A stretch of 64,000 bases of DNA, from positions 608,001-672,000 of the forward strand of contig CAWGJT010000006.1 in the NCBI GenBank assembly GCA_963822965.1. The letters run 5' to 3'. A program made the position numbers and the translations under genes. Each line of letters starts with the position of its first letter. Within the stretch, counting starts at the first letter, position 1. Below the pieces are notes generated by a model. That model was given only the letters and a program-made list of their open reading frames with translations. It was not told the origin of the DNA and ran no database searches. Of this stretch, positions 26,399-37,397 are shown one piece after another. The DNA is from an uncultured delta proteobacterium. Its GTDB lineage: Bacteria > Myxococcota_A > UBA9160 > UBA4427.

Positions 26399-26761
26399 AT
26401 GATCCGCACCCACGGTCTCAACCACATCAGCCTGTCCGTGCGCGATCCCGACGTCTCACTCGCCTTCTACGAGCGGCTCTTCGGCGTTCGCGAGTACCAC
26501 CGCGAGGCAGACTCGATCCAGGTGCTGGGCCCGGGACCCCACGATGTGCTCGTCTTCGAGCGACGCGAGGGACCTGGGGTGCGCGGCGGCGTCGATCACT
26601 TCGGCTTCCGCCTCACCGACCCGAACGACATCCACGACGCCATCGCGCAGGCGGAGGCCGCCGGCGCCCGCATCCTGCGCCACGGCGAGTTCGCACCGGG
26701 GCTGCCCTACCTCTACCTCGAAGACCCGGACGGCTACACGATCGAAGTCTGGTACGAGTGA
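26399..26761 (+). CDS. VOC/glyoxalase family protein
   Basis: GLNHISLSV, FYERLFG, DHFGF, DPDGYTIE. Confidence 0.9.
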   Translation: MIRTHGLNHISLSVRDPDVSLAFYERLFGVREYHREADSIQVLGPGPHDVLVFERREGPGVRGGVDHFGFRLTDPNDIHDAIAQAEAAGARILRHGEFAPGLPYLYLEDPDGYTIEVWYE

Positions 26762-26821
26762 AGCGAAGGCGCGCGCGATTCGCGCGGCCAGGAAGGGACG
26801 GTTCGGTCTATGCTCCCGGCC

Positions 26822-29380
26822 ATGCCTCGTGAGCACGGTCGGCCGATCGACGGGAGAGCCACCGCGCGTAGAGCCGGGTGGCGGGCCGCCTGTTGCCTCG
26901 CCGGCCTGCTGGGAGCGGCCGCCGCCGCCGCTCCGAGCGCCGCGCAGCAGGCGACCGGCACGCCGTCGGCTGCGCAGCCTGCCGAGCCGGCGCCCGTCGC
27001 CATTCCGGTGGCCTCGATCGCCTCCGAGGACGTGGCGCTCGACTCCTATCTGAAGAGCCTGGACGGCCGGCTGGCCGCACCCAACTTCCAGGGAACGATC
27101 GCCGAGCAGCTCCCGGAGCTCGCGTCCAAGATCCGGGAACGCGAGGCCGTCTCGAACGCCCGCCTGGAGCGGGGCTTGGGCCGCGCCGACCTGACCGCGA
27201 TGCAGGCCGACTGGCGCGCCATCGATTCACGCCTCGACACCTGGGCAGCTCGGCTGACCGAGCGGCTCGCGAGCCTGGATGCCGCCGGCCGGGAGCTCAC
27301 CCAGCGGGCCTCGAGCTGGGAAGCCACCTCCAAGGGCGCGCGCGAAGAGCAGGCACCGCCGGATGTGCGCGCCCGAGTCGCCCAGGCGCAGGAGAAGATC
27401 GCCGCCGCGCGGACCCGGCTGCGGCGCAGCCGGGACGACGCCCTGCGCGTCCAGAACCGGCTCGTGGAGCTGCGCGCCCACGTCGCGGACGAGCTGCAGC
27501 GCATGGCGGCTGCGCGCGACGAAGCGCTCTCCCACGTCCTGCGGCGCATCGCACCGCCTCTGTGGGCGGTCTCTCCCGGAGACGTCGAGGCGAGCCGGCA
27601 GAGCTTCGCCACCGCGTACCACGAGATGAACGCGAGCCTCCAGAGCTACGCCGACCGGGAGGGCCGGCTGCTGTGGCTGCACGCCTTCCTCACCCTGGCC
27701 CTCGTCTGGCTGAGCGTTCGCGCGAGCGCCTGGGCGAAGCTTCGCGAGGGTCACGAGCTGCCGCCCGCCCTCGTCCACCCCTGGGCGGCGGGCCTGGTCC
27801 TGGGCCTCAGCAACACCCTCTGGATCCACGCGGACGCCCCGCCGAAGCTCGGCTGGCTCATGAGCCTGCTCGTGCTGCCGTTCTGGGTGGTGCTGCTTCG
27901 CAACATCGTGCCGAAGCCCCTCCGCAAGCCCCTGCCCGGGCTGGTGGTGCTGGTCCTCGTGGACTTCGGGCGCCGCATCCTGCTGGACTTCGAGGGCCTG
28001 TCCCGGCTCCTGCTGGTGATCGAGGCGGCCGTCACGTTCGCGGGGCTGGTATGGCTGCGCCGTCCGTCCCGGCTGGCCCGTCTGCCGCACCCCGCCAATC
28101 CCTTCTGGCTGCGCCTGCTGGGGGGCTGGCTGCGCGTGTCGATGGTCGCCGCCGGCGTCGCGACCGTAGGGTCGTTCTTCGGTTGGGTGATCCTCGCCGA
28201 CCTGCTGATCACCGCCGTGGTGATCGGCACCTTCGTGGGCTCGATCCTCTTCTCGGCGGTGGTCGTCGTCGAGGGCATCTGCGAGAGCGCCGTGTGGACC
28301 GGCCGGCTCGACCGGCTGCGCCTGGTCCGCGGAGACCGCCCGGCCCTGCCCCGCGTGGTGAGCCGGCTCGCTCGCACGACCGCGTTCGCGACGTGGCTCT
28401 ACCTGCTGCCCGGATACCTGTCGATCCGCGAGGGCCTGCTCGACCTGCTGAGTCGCGCGCTGGCGGCGCCCCTGGGATACGGCAGCGTCACGATCACGCT
28501 CGGCGGGGTGATCGCGTTCGTCGTGGCGATCTGGCTGTCCTGGGTGCTCTCGCGCTTCATCTCCCGACTCCTGGACACGGAGATCTTCCCCCGCGTCTCG
28601 CTCCCCCGCGGCGTGCCGTTCGCGCTCTCGGCCATCAGCCGCTACGCGGTGCTCGTCCTCGGCTTCGTGTTCGCGGTGGCGGCCCTCGGCTTCCAGGTGG
28701 GCAACCTGGCCCTCGTCATCAGCGCGCTGGGCGTCGGCATCGGCTTCGGCCTGCAGAACGTCGTGAACAACTTCATCTCGGGCCTGATCCTGCTCTTCGA
28801 GCGACCCGTCAAGGTGATGGACGTCGTCTCGCTCGACACGCTCCTGGGCACGATCACCCGCATCGGCATCCGCTCGAGCACCCTGCGCACCTTCGATGGC
28901 GCCGACGTCATCGTTCCGAACGGCGACCTGATCTCGAATCGCGTCACCAACTGGACCCTGGCCGACAAGCACCGACGCGTTCCGGTGACGGTGGGCGTGG
29001 TCTACGGAACCCCGGCCAGGCGGGTGATCGAGCTGCTGCGCCAGGTGGCGCACGACCACCCCGCGGTGCTCGCGTACCCCGAGCCGCTGGCCCTCTTCAT
29101 GGGCTTCGGCGACAGCTCCCTCGACTTCGAGCTGCGCTTCTGGAGCGAGGACGAGAACGCGCTCACGACGGTGCGGAGCGAGATCGCGATCGCCATCCAG
29201 GACGCCCTCGCCGAGGACGGCATCGAGGTGCCGTTCCCCCAGCGCGACCTGCACCTGCGCTCGGTGGCCCCCGAGGCGCGCGAGGCGCTGGGCGGCGAGA
29301 CGCCCGATCACGAGCCACGGCCCCCGCAAGCGTCGGGACCCGATGCGGCGGATCCCGACGCCCCCGAAACGTCGACCTGA
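26822..29380 (+). CDS. Large MscS/MscK-type mechanosensitive channel
   Basis: Signal peptide, coiled-coil periplasmic region, many TM helices, ALGVGIGFGLQNVVNNFISGLILLFERP, VTNWT, PFPQRDLH. Confidence 0.92.
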   Translation: MPREHGRPIDGRATARRAGWRAACCLAGLLGAAAAAAPSAAQQATGTPSAAQPAEPAPVAIPVASIASEDVALDSYLKSLDGRLAAPNFQGTIAEQLPELASKIREREAVSNARLERGLGRADLTAMQADWRAIDSRLDTWAARLTERLASLDAAGRELTQRASSWEATSKGAREEQAPPDVRARVAQAQEKIAAARTRLRRSRDDALRVQNRLVELRAHVADELQRMAAARDEALSHVLRRIAPPLWAVSPGDVEASRQSFATAYHEMNASLQSYADREGRLLWLHAFLTLALVWLSVRASAWAKLREGHELPPALVHPWAAGLVLGLSNTLWIHADAPPKLGWLMSLLVLPFWVVLLRNIVPKPLRKPLPGLVVLVLVDFGRRILLDFEGLSRLLLVIEAAVTFAGLVWLRRPSRLARLPHPANPFWLRLLGGWLRVSMVAAGVATVGSFFGWVILADLLITAVVIGTFVGSILFSAVVVVEGICESAVWTGRLDRLRLVRGDRPALPRVVSRLARTTAFATWLYLLPGYLSIREGLLDLLSRALAAPLGYGSVTITLGGVIAFVVAIWLSWVLSRFISRLLDTEIFPRVSLPRGVPFALSAISRYAVLVLGFVFAVAALGFQVGNLALVISALGVGIGFGLQNVVNNFISGLILLFERPVKVMDVVSLDTLLGTITRIGIRSSTLRTFDGADVIVPNGDLISNRVTNWTLADKHRRVPVTVGVVYGTPARRVIELLRQVAHDHPAVLAYPEPLALFMGFGDSSLDFELRFWSEDENALTTVRSEIAIAIQDALAEDGIEVPFPQRDLHLRSVAPEAREALGGETPDHEPRPPQASGPDAADPDAPETST

Positions 29381-29402
29381 AGCTGGACGGAGTCCGACGG
29401 AT

Positions 29403-30476
<1,074 letters not shown>

Positions 30477-30495
30477 CGCTCTCGGGGGATCCCGT

Positions 30496-31134
30496 TCAGG
30501 AGATCTCGCGCTGGCTCTTGATGATGCGCTCGATGAGCCCGTACTCGAGGGCCTGCTCGGCCGACATCCAGAAGTTTCGGTCGCTGTCGAGGGACACCTG
30601 CTCGATGCTCTTGCCGGTCTCGTCGGAGATCAGCTTGTTGAGGCGCTCGCGCAGCTTCAGGATCTCCTCGGCGGCGATGCGGATGTCCGAGGCCTGGCCG
30701 CCGGCGCCGCCCGAAGGCTGGTGGAGCAGGAAGCGCGTGTTCGGCAGCGAGTAGCGGTTCTTCTTCTCGGCGGCGAGCAGGATCGGCACGGCGATGCTCG
30801 CCACCCAGCCCGCCCCCACGGTGACGATGGGGCTGTCGATGTAGCGGAGCACGTCGTAGATCGCGTAGCCCGAATCCACGTGCCCGCCCTGGGAGCTGAT
30901 GATCACGCGAATGGGATCGTGGCTCGCGCCGTCCAGGATGAGCGCCTGGGAGATCACCCGCTCGGCCACGTCCTGGTCGATCTGGCCCGTCACCAGCATC
31001 GTCCGGATGCCCAGCATCCGGGAGATGACCGCGTCCTGGAGGGCCGGGGGCTTGGGGGCGTCTTCGGGCTCGTCGAAGCGGTGCACGTGCTGGACCTCGG
31101 TGATGGCGGAGAGTCGTCCCCGCTGGGATGCCAC
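30496..31134 (-). CDS. clpP: ATP-dependent Clp protease proteolytic subunit
   Basis: SQGG, VASIA (Ser), LHQPSGG (His), DRNFWMSAEQALEYGLI (Asp). Confidence 0.92.
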   Translation of the reverse strand: MASQRGRLSAITEVQHVHRFDEPEDAPKPPALQDAVISRMLGIRTMLVTGQIDQDVAERVISQALILDGASHDPIRVIISSQGGHVDSGYAIYDVLRYIDSPIVTVGAGWVASIAVPILLAAEKKNRYSLPNTRFLLHQPSGGAGGQASDIRIAAEEILKLRERLNKLISDETGKSIEQVSLDSDRNFWMSAEQALEYGLIERIIKSQREIS

Positions 31135-31219
31135 GCGGCGCGTGCGCGGTTCGGGAAGGTAGCGCGTGGCCCGGGAATCGGGTCACGCGCCGCGGCGATG
31201 GAGAATTCGCGAGCTCCGG

Positions 31220-31993
31220 CTACTCGAAGGCGCCGTGGCGGCCGGCACCCCCTGCGAAGCGCTGGGCGCCCGCCTGGGTCTCGCCCGAGGCGATGACCTC
31301 GAGCCCGATGCGGGTCTCCTCCGCCAGGGCGGCCTCGAGGTCCTGGCCCCACTGGCCGTAGGCGGAGAGGCGGTCGCCGCGGAGGCAACGCTGCGGGAAG
31401 CGCGCGAGCTCTCCGGCCAGGCGAACGGCCTCGTCCAGGGCCTCGCCCGGCGCCACCAGCCGGTTCGCGAGGCCCATGCGCAGGGCCTCTTCCCCCGACA
31501 CCCCCCGTCCCGTGAGGATCATGTCGAGGGCGTGGCTCTGCCCGATCAGGCGTGGCAGCCGGACGGTGCCGCCGTCGATGAGGGGGACCCCCCAACGCCG
31601 GCAGAAGACGCCGAAGACGGCGTCCGAGGCCGCCACGCGCAGGTCGCACCAGAGCGAGAGCTCGAGGCCCCCGGCCACCGCGTACCCCTCCACGGCTGCG
31701 ATCACGGGCTTGGCGAGCAGCATGCGGCTCGGGCCCATGGGTCCGTCCCGGGAGACGTCGCGATCCACCCGGTTGCCGCGCCCCTCGCCCATGCCCTTGA
31801 GATCGGCCCCGGCACAGAAGCACCCACCCGCCCCCTGGAGCACCGCGACGGCCGCCTCTTCCTCGGCCTCGAAGCGCCGAAACGCGGCCGCGAGCTGCGC
31901 GGCGGTGGGTCCGTCCACGCAGTTGCGCACCTCCGGCCGGTCGATGGTGACCACGGCCACCGGCCCTCGTCGTTCGTACAGCACCTGCTCCAT
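31220..31993 (-). CDS. Enoyl-CoA hydratase/isomerase (crotonase family)
   Basis: FCAGADLK, KPVIAAVEGYAVAGGLELSLWCD, GVPLIDGGTVRLPRLIG. Confidence 0.92.
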   Translation of the reverse strand: MEQVLYERRGPVAVVTIDRPEVRNCVDGPTAAQLAAAFRRFEAEEEAAVAVLQGAGGCFCAGADLKGMGEGRGNRVDRDVSRDGPMGPSRMLLAKPVIAAVEGYAVAGGLELSLWCDLRVAASDAVFGVFCRRWGVPLIDGGTVRLPRLIGQSHALDMILTGRGVSGEEALRMGLANRLVAPGEALDEAVRLAGELARFPQRCLRGDRLSAYGQWGQDLEAALAEETRIGLEVIASGETQAGAQRFAGGAGRHGAFE

Positions 31994-32090
31994 CGCCCGG
32001 CCCTCGCGCTTGGGATTGCCTCTACACTCGCACCGGTGAGCCAGAACGCAAGCTGTGCGGGCCCCGGGCCCGCGACCGCCAGGAGGATGC

Positions 32091-33668
32091 ATGCAGGTTC
32101 CGCTTCTCGTGAACGACTTCCTGCGACGGGCGTCGTACCTCTACCCGGACAAGCTCGCGGTGGTGGACGGCGAGCGCCGCTACACGTGGCGCGACTTCCA
32201 GGCCCGGGTGAACCAGCTCTCCCACGCCCTCCTGGGTCTCGGCATCACAAAGGGAGACCGGGTCTGCGTGCTGAGCCCGAACTCGCACTTCTTCCTGGAG
32301 AGCTTCTACGGCACGAGCCAGATCGGCGCCGTGCTCGTGCCCCTCAACTACCGCCTGGTCGCCGCCGACCACGAGTACATCCTGAACCACGCCGGCGTAA
32401 AGGCGGTGCTCGTCGACTGGGAGTACACCGGCGTCCTCGACGGCATCCGCGAGAATCTGCCGCGCGTGGAGCACTGGATCGAGGCCCGGGACGATGGCGA
32501 GACGCCCCCCGGCTGGACGTCCTGGGACGAGCTGCTCGAGGCGGCTCCCACGGACCCGCCCCCGGCGGTGGACCTCGACGAGAACGAGCTGGTCTCCATC
32601 AACTACACCTCCGGAACGACGGCCCGGCCCAAGGGCGTGATGCTGACCCACCGCAACTGCTACCTGAACGCCTACAACCTGATCGCGCACCTGGGAGTCT
32701 GTCACCAGGACGTCGAGCTCTGGACCCTGCCCATGTTCCACTGCAACGGCTGGGGCGGCGTCTACGCGCTCACCGGGATGGGCGGCACCCACGTGGTGCT
32801 TCGCGCCATCGACGGGCGCCGCATCTTCGAGCTGATCGAGCGCGAGAAGGTGACGTTCGCCTGCATGGCCCCCGCCGTGCTGCGGACGATCCTCGACTAC
32901 CCCCACAAGGATCGGCACACCATCGCCCAGAAGCCGCGCTTCGCGGTGGCCGGCGCGCCGCCCCCCGCAGCGTTCATCCAACGCCTGGAGGAGGAGCTGG
33001 GCTGGCACTTCCTGCAGCTCTACGGGCTCACCGAGACGGCGCCGCTGCTGACCATCTCCGCGCCCGACGCCAACACCCCTCGCGACGACTGGGCGCGCCG
33101 GGCGCGGGCGGGCGTCGAAGGGCTCGGCGTGCAGATCGAGCTGCGAGACGACCAGGACCGGCCGGTTCCCGCCGACGGCGTGACCCCGGGCGAGATCTGC
33201 GCGCGCTCCAACGTGGTGTTCGCCGGATACTGGGAGCAGCCCGAGCAGACCGCCGCGGCGATCCGCGACGGCTGGTTCCACACCGGCGACCTCGCCGTGC
33301 AGGACGAGGTGGGCAACATCCACATCGTCGACCGCAAGAAGGACGTGATCATCTCGGGCGGCGAGAACATCAGCTCCCCCGAGATCGAGGACGTCCTCTA
33401 CCAGCACCGCGCCGTGCTGGAGTGCGCCGTGATCGGTGTCCCCCACGAGAAGTGGGGAGAGACGCCGGTCGCGCTGGTGGTCCTGCGCTCGGGGGAGACG
33501 CCTTCCGAGCAGGATCTGCTGGCCTTCTGCCGGGAGAAGCTGGCCCACTTCAAGTGCCCGACCGCCGTCCGCTTCGTGGACGAGCTGCCGCGCACCGCCA
33601 CCGGCAAGCTACAGAAGTTCAAGCTGCGCGAGCGCTACTGGCAGGGCGCCGAGCGCAAGGTCAACTGA
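32091..33668 (+). CDS. Acyl-CoA synthetase (AMP-forming)
   Basis: NYTSGTTARPKG, PMFHCNGWG, YGLTET, WFHTGD, LPRTATGKLQK; AGGAGG RBS. Confidence 0.93.
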   Translation: MQVPLLVNDFLRRASYLYPDKLAVVDGERRYTWRDFQARVNQLSHALLGLGITKGDRVCVLSPNSHFFLESFYGTSQIGAVLVPLNYRLVAADHEYILNHAGVKAVLVDWEYTGVLDGIRENLPRVEHWIEARDDGETPPGWTSWDELLEAAPTDPPPAVDLDENELVSINYTSGTTARPKGVMLTHRNCYLNAYNLIAHLGVCHQDVELWTLPMFHCNGWGGVYALTGMGGTHVVLRAIDGRRIFELIEREKVTFACMAPAVLRTILDYPHKDRHTIAQKPRFAVAGAPPPAAFIQRLEEELGWHFLQLYGLTETAPLLTISAPDANTPRDDWARRARAGVEGLGVQIELRDDQDRPVPADGVTPGEICARSNVVFAGYWEQPEQTAAAIRDGWFHTGDLAVQDEVGNIHIVDRKKDVIISGGENISSPEIEDVLYQHRAVLECAVIGVPHEKWGETPVALVVLRSGETPSEQDLLAFCREKLAHFKCPTAVRFVDELPRTATGKLQKFKLRERYWQGAERKVN

Positions 33669-33681
33669 GCCCGACCGGCGC

Positions 33682-34014
33682 TCAGGGCAGGAGCATCTTC
33701 AGCAGGTCGAGGTTCTCGCGCTCGAGCTCGGCCAGCTCGCCGTCGGAGGCGATCACGCCCTCGATCGCGTCGAGGAAGAGCTTCCGGTGCTCGCTCGGGA
33801 TCGCGGTGGGGTCGACGGACTCGGGCCGCGGCGGGACCTTGAGCCAGCTCTCCACCTGGCCAGCCTCGGCGTCGTCCAGGTCGAGGCGCTCGATCAGTCG
33901 CTGCACGAACTGCCGCTCCTCGGGCCGGATCTCGAGGTCTGCCCACGCGAACGAGCAGACGAACTTCATCAGCTGGAGCCGCTCGGCGCGGTCGAGACTC
34001 TGGAGCACCTTCAC
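33682..34014 (-). CDS. TerB-family protein
   Basis: SFAWADLEIRPEE and VIASDGELAELE helical-hairpin pattern. Confidence 0.72.
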   Translation of the reverse strand: MKVLQSLDRAERLQLMKFVCSFAWADLEIRPEERQFVQRLIERLDLDDAEAGQVESWLKVPPRPESVDPTAIPSEHRKLFLDAIEGVIASDGELAELERENLDLLKMLLP

Positions 34015-34256
34015 ACCTCGCTGGATTTCCGGAATCCCGACTTTCTCACAACCCGCCGGATTCTTCCCGTCGATTTCTCCCGCCTGCCCCGCGGGTCGAG
34101 CCGACCCGTCCGGCTGACAGGGTCCAGTCGCCCGGCGGCGGGCGCGGGCGACCTGCACAGAACCTTCCGGCAACCGTGGGGTCCAAGGGAGGCATGGAGT
34201 GCCCCGGGTTGCCGGCAGGTCCGCAGCCCGTCCGCTCGGGGTCACGAGGAGAACCG

Positions 34257-34685
34257 ATGTCGCTCGAAGCCGTTGGGCTGCAGCCCCTGCGCACCACCCC
34301 CACCCGATACGCCGAGGCCGACCAGGCGACCCTGCTCGGCCTCTACCACGGATACGACCAGTCGAGGCTCGCGCTGGCGAAGCTCGTCGTGAGCTTCGGC
34401 GCGGGCGCGCGGGGCGACGAGGAGACGCGGCGCCGCATCTGGCAGCGCTCCCGCCGCCAGGGCATCGCCACGGATCTCTTCGTGCCGCCGAGCGAGCATC
34501 GCTTCCCGGAAGGCCTGAACCGGGCCGCGCACGCCGCGGCGCTGACCGCCTTCGCGACCCTGTCGGAGAAGGCCGAGGAGGTGCTGCGCATCCTGCGCGC
34601 CCGCTGGCCCGAGCTGTGCGAGGACGCGGGGGGCCCGCTCCCGATTCCGTACCCCGAGGACGTCGCCGCCGACTGCGCCGGGTAG
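34257..34685 (+). CDS. Hypothetical protein
   Basis: GAGGAG RBS, coding-like composition, 142 aa; no family recognised. Confidence 0.6.
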   Translation: MSLEAVGLQPLRTTPTRYAEADQATLLGLYHGYDQSRLALAKLVVSFGAGARGDEETRRRIWQRSRRQGIATDLFVPPSEHRFPEGLNRAAHAAALTAFATLSEKAEEVLRILRARWPELCEDAGGPLPIPYPEDVAADCAG

Positions 34686-34777
34686 GAGCGCACCCCGAGA
34701 CGAAGTCTTGGGTCGCGGTTCCGCCGCGGGGGGAGCCCCACCGGACTCCCTCAGCCAGGTCCGCGAGCGCCGCCCGC

Positions 34778-35893
34778 TCAGGCGGCGACGGTCGGCTTCC
34801 CGGACGCGTCGACGTTCGTGTTCAGGAACTCCATCAGCAGCTTCACCAGCTCCTCGGGCGGCTGCGGCTCGGCCTCCTCCACCGAGTCCTTCAGGTGCTC
34901 GAAGCGGAGCAGGTCCATCTTCGCGAAGGCGTCGCGAACGCGCGGGGTGAGCAACCCGAGCCGCTTCAGGTTCGGCACGATCTTCGAGAACGTCATCTGG
35001 CGGAAGCCCTTCATGAAGGGCGTGTTGTTCGACCAGTCCGTCCAGACGGGCACGTCGAAGCCGAGGCGGTCGAAGACGGGCTCCATCTTGAGCCGCTCGC
35101 GCAACAGATGGGAGGCCTCGATGACGAAGTCCTCGCGCTCTCTCAGCTCGCTGCCGGTGATGTCGTTGCGATAGTAGTCGCCGAGGGACAGCACCCCGAA
35201 CGCCACGTGGCGGGACTCGTCCTGCATGATCCGCGTCGTGATGTCCTGGATGAGCGGCTCGCCGGACATCATCATGCGCATCATGCTGAAGGCGGCGAGG
35301 GCCAGACCTTCCACCATGATCTGCATGCCGAGGAAGGTCACGTCCCAACGCGGATCGCGGATGATGTCGTCGAGCAGGCTCTGCAGGCTGGGTACCACCG
35401 GGTAGGCGACGCCCATCTTCTCGGTCAGGTAGCGGTGGTAGACCTCCACGTGCCGGGCCTCGTCCATCACCTGGCTCGCCGCGTAGAACTTCGACTCCTC
35501 CTGCGGCACGGTCTGGACGATCTTGGCGGTCGCGAGCAGCGCTCCCTGCTCGCCGTGCAGGAACTGCGAGAGCATGAAGGCGTTCATGTGGAGCTGCAGC
35601 TCCACCACGCCGCGCTCGTCGAGCTGCCGCGGGGGCTGCATGATCTGGTTCATCAGGACGCCGCCGCCTGCCGCAGTGCGCTCCTGCATCATGCGCTCCA
35701 TGCTCACCTCGGTGGTCCAATCGAGGTCCACGGCGTTCCAGTTGTTCGCCTTGCCCTTCTCGTAGAGGGCCATGAGCCCCTGCTTCTCGAGCGCGTACTG
35801 CCAGTCGAACACGGTGTCGACGGTGGCGGCCACGTGCTCGAAGGCCAGGCCGCTCTCGGGGAGGGGGATCGGGTTCCGCTGCGGGTAGTCCAT
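34778..35893 (-). CDS. Ferritin-like diiron protein (AurF-like oxygenase)
   Basis: LHGEQGAL, DEARH, MVEGLAL, DESRH diiron-carboxylate ligand pattern. Confidence 0.85.
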   Translation of the reverse strand: MDYPQRNPIPLPESGLAFEHVAATVDTVFDWQYALEKQGLMALYEKGKANNWNAVDLDWTTEVSMERMMQERTAAGGGVLMNQIMQPPRQLDERGVVELQLHMNAFMLSQFLHGEQGALLATAKIVQTVPQEESKFYAASQVMDEARHVEVYHRYLTEKMGVAYPVVPSLQSLLDDIIRDPRWDVTFLGMQIMVEGLALAAFSMMRMMMSGEPLIQDITTRIMQDESRHVAFGVLSLGDYYRNDITGSELREREDFVIEASHLLRERLKMEPVFDRLGFDVPVWTDWSNNTPFMKGFRQMTFSKIVPNLKRLGLLTPRVRDAFAKMDLLRFEHLKDSVEEAEPQPPEELVKLLMEFLNTNVDASGKPTVAA

Positions 35894-35958
35894 CGTGGGG
35901 CTTCTCCTGACTCGGCTCGGAGCGCGTTGGGGTGCGTGGAAACGGTCTCGGGGCTCGC

Positions 35959-36612
35959 TCAGGCGATCCCCGTGTAGGCGAGGAAGATGCGGGTGAGCTC
36001 GGCTTCGATCTCGGCGTCGGACAGCGCGCGTCCCCCGCAACGCGTCTCGCCGAAGATCGTGTTCTGGAACATCACCCCGAAGGCGAGCTGGATGCCCAGG
36101 TCGATCGCCATCTCTGGCGACGGGTGCCGGATCTCACCGCGCCGCGCGAGCAGCAGCCGGCCGATGCGCGCCGAGACGCCCTGGCGGAAGCGGATGCCCT
36201 CGTCGCGCGCCTCCACGTCGGCCGCCGCGCGGGCCAGGAAGGTGCTGATCATGTTCTGCTCGGCACGGTGGGTCGCCACGAGCTCGTGCATGCAGGCCGC
36301 CACGATCCCGGCCGTCGGGGCATCGCCCCAGTACGCGGGATCGGCCAGCTCGTCCACGCGTTCGTCGAGACGGGCGAGGAAGCGCTCCTCGAGGGTGCGG
36401 AGCAGCTCGTCCTTGTCCTTGAAGCGGGCGTAGAAGCCCCCCACCGACGACCCCGCCCGGTGCACGATCTCGGGGACCGAGACGTCCGCGAAGCCCTTCT
36501 CGCGGATCAGCGCCTCGGCGGCGTCCAGGAGGCGCAGCAGGGTCTGCTCGCTGCGCGCCTGCTTGGGCCGCGAGACCGTGGAGAGCTGGCTTCTGGAAGG
36601 GCCTCGGGACAT
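35959..36612 (-). CDS. TetR/AcrR family transcriptional regulator
   Basis: QARSEQT..LLDAA, SVPEIVHRAGSSVGGFYARFKDK HTH. Confidence 0.92.
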   Translation of the reverse strand: MSRGPSRSQLSTVSRPKQARSEQTLLRLLDAAEALIREKGFADVSVPEIVHRAGSSVGGFYARFKDKDELLRTLEERFLARLDERVDELADPAYWGDAPTAGIVAACMHELVATHRAEQNMISTFLARAAADVEARDEGIRFRQGVSARIGRLLLARRGEIRHPSPEMAIDLGIQLAFGVMFQNTIFGETRCGGRALSDAEIEAELTRIFLAYTGIA

Positions 36613-36626
36613 GCAGGTCACCCAGG

Positions 36627-36651
36627 ACAAGAATCAGAATCGGATTCTTGT
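36627..36651. promoter_or_regulatory. Probable TetR operator (9-bp perfect inverted repeat)
   Basis: ACAAGAATC-N7-GATTCTTGT, AT-rich, 15 nt upstream of the TetR start. Confidence 0.65.
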
Positions 36652-36702
36652 TTAGGCGAGATGCCCCAGCGGGTCAACCGTCGAGCCGGGTCCCGGACGG
36701 CC

Positions 36703-37263
36703 TCAGCCGCCGAGCAGGTCGAGCTCGGAGAGGATCTGGAGGATCTCCTGGGGATGCAGCGAGGCGGCGGGCCGATAGCTGCCGGTGCCCGCCCGCATGA
36801 AGTGGGACTTGGGGAAGGTCCGGGCGGTGATCTTGTCCGACTCCTCGAGCAGGGCCTGGGCGGCCTCGGTGTCCCCCGCCCGCGCCCGCAGCTCGGACAG
36901 GCGCAGCAGGATCGGGATCACCACCGGGTGCTCGGGGCCGTAGTGGGCGGCAAACAGGTCGTAGGAGCGCTGGGTCTCGCGCTCGTCCTCGCCCCGCGGA
37001 CACAGCTGGGGGCTGCGGAAGCAGACGTCGCCCAGGTGCCAGCTGGCGTAGGCGAGCTGGTCCGGGTGGCCGGGCTCGAGCCGGGCCAGCAGCACCGCCG
37101 AGCCGAACGCCTCCACGGCCCCGGCGTCGTCGCCCGCTTCGGCGCTCTCGACGCCGGCCCGCATCTGCTCCTGCCAGCTCGAGAGCGGCACCTTCGGCGC
37201 GGGCCTGGACGCGCAGGCCGCACCGCCCAGCAGGACCGCCGCCAGCGCCATCCGCGCCAGCAT
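36703..37263 (-). CDS. Putative lipoprotein with TPR-like repeat
   Basis: Lipobox-like LGGAAC; HYGPEHPVVIPILLRLSEL resembles kinesin-light-chain type TPR. Confidence 0.6.
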   Translation of the reverse strand: MLARMALAAVLLGGAACASRPAPKVPLSSWQEQMRAGVESAEAGDDAGAVEAFGSAVLLARLEPGHPDQLAYASWHLGDVCFRSPQLCPRGEDERETQRSYDLFAAHYGPEHPVVIPILLRLSELRARAGDTEAAQALLEESDKITARTFPKSHFMRAGTGSYRPAASLHPQEILQILSELDLLGG

Positions 37264-37397
37264 GCGGGCGCCCCCCCGCGACGCGTGGGGCGGAGCCGGA
37301 CCGGAGATGCGCGCAGGCCGCGGGTTCTGCACGCCGGAAGACTATGCGGTCTCGATTGCACCGCAAATCGAGAGGGGCTCCTGGCTAGAATCGAGCC

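Noticed and set aside
33682..34014. TerB gene as part of a tellurite-resistance or anti-phage ter operon
   Set aside because: No other ter genes are adjacent; solitary TerB-like proteins are common.
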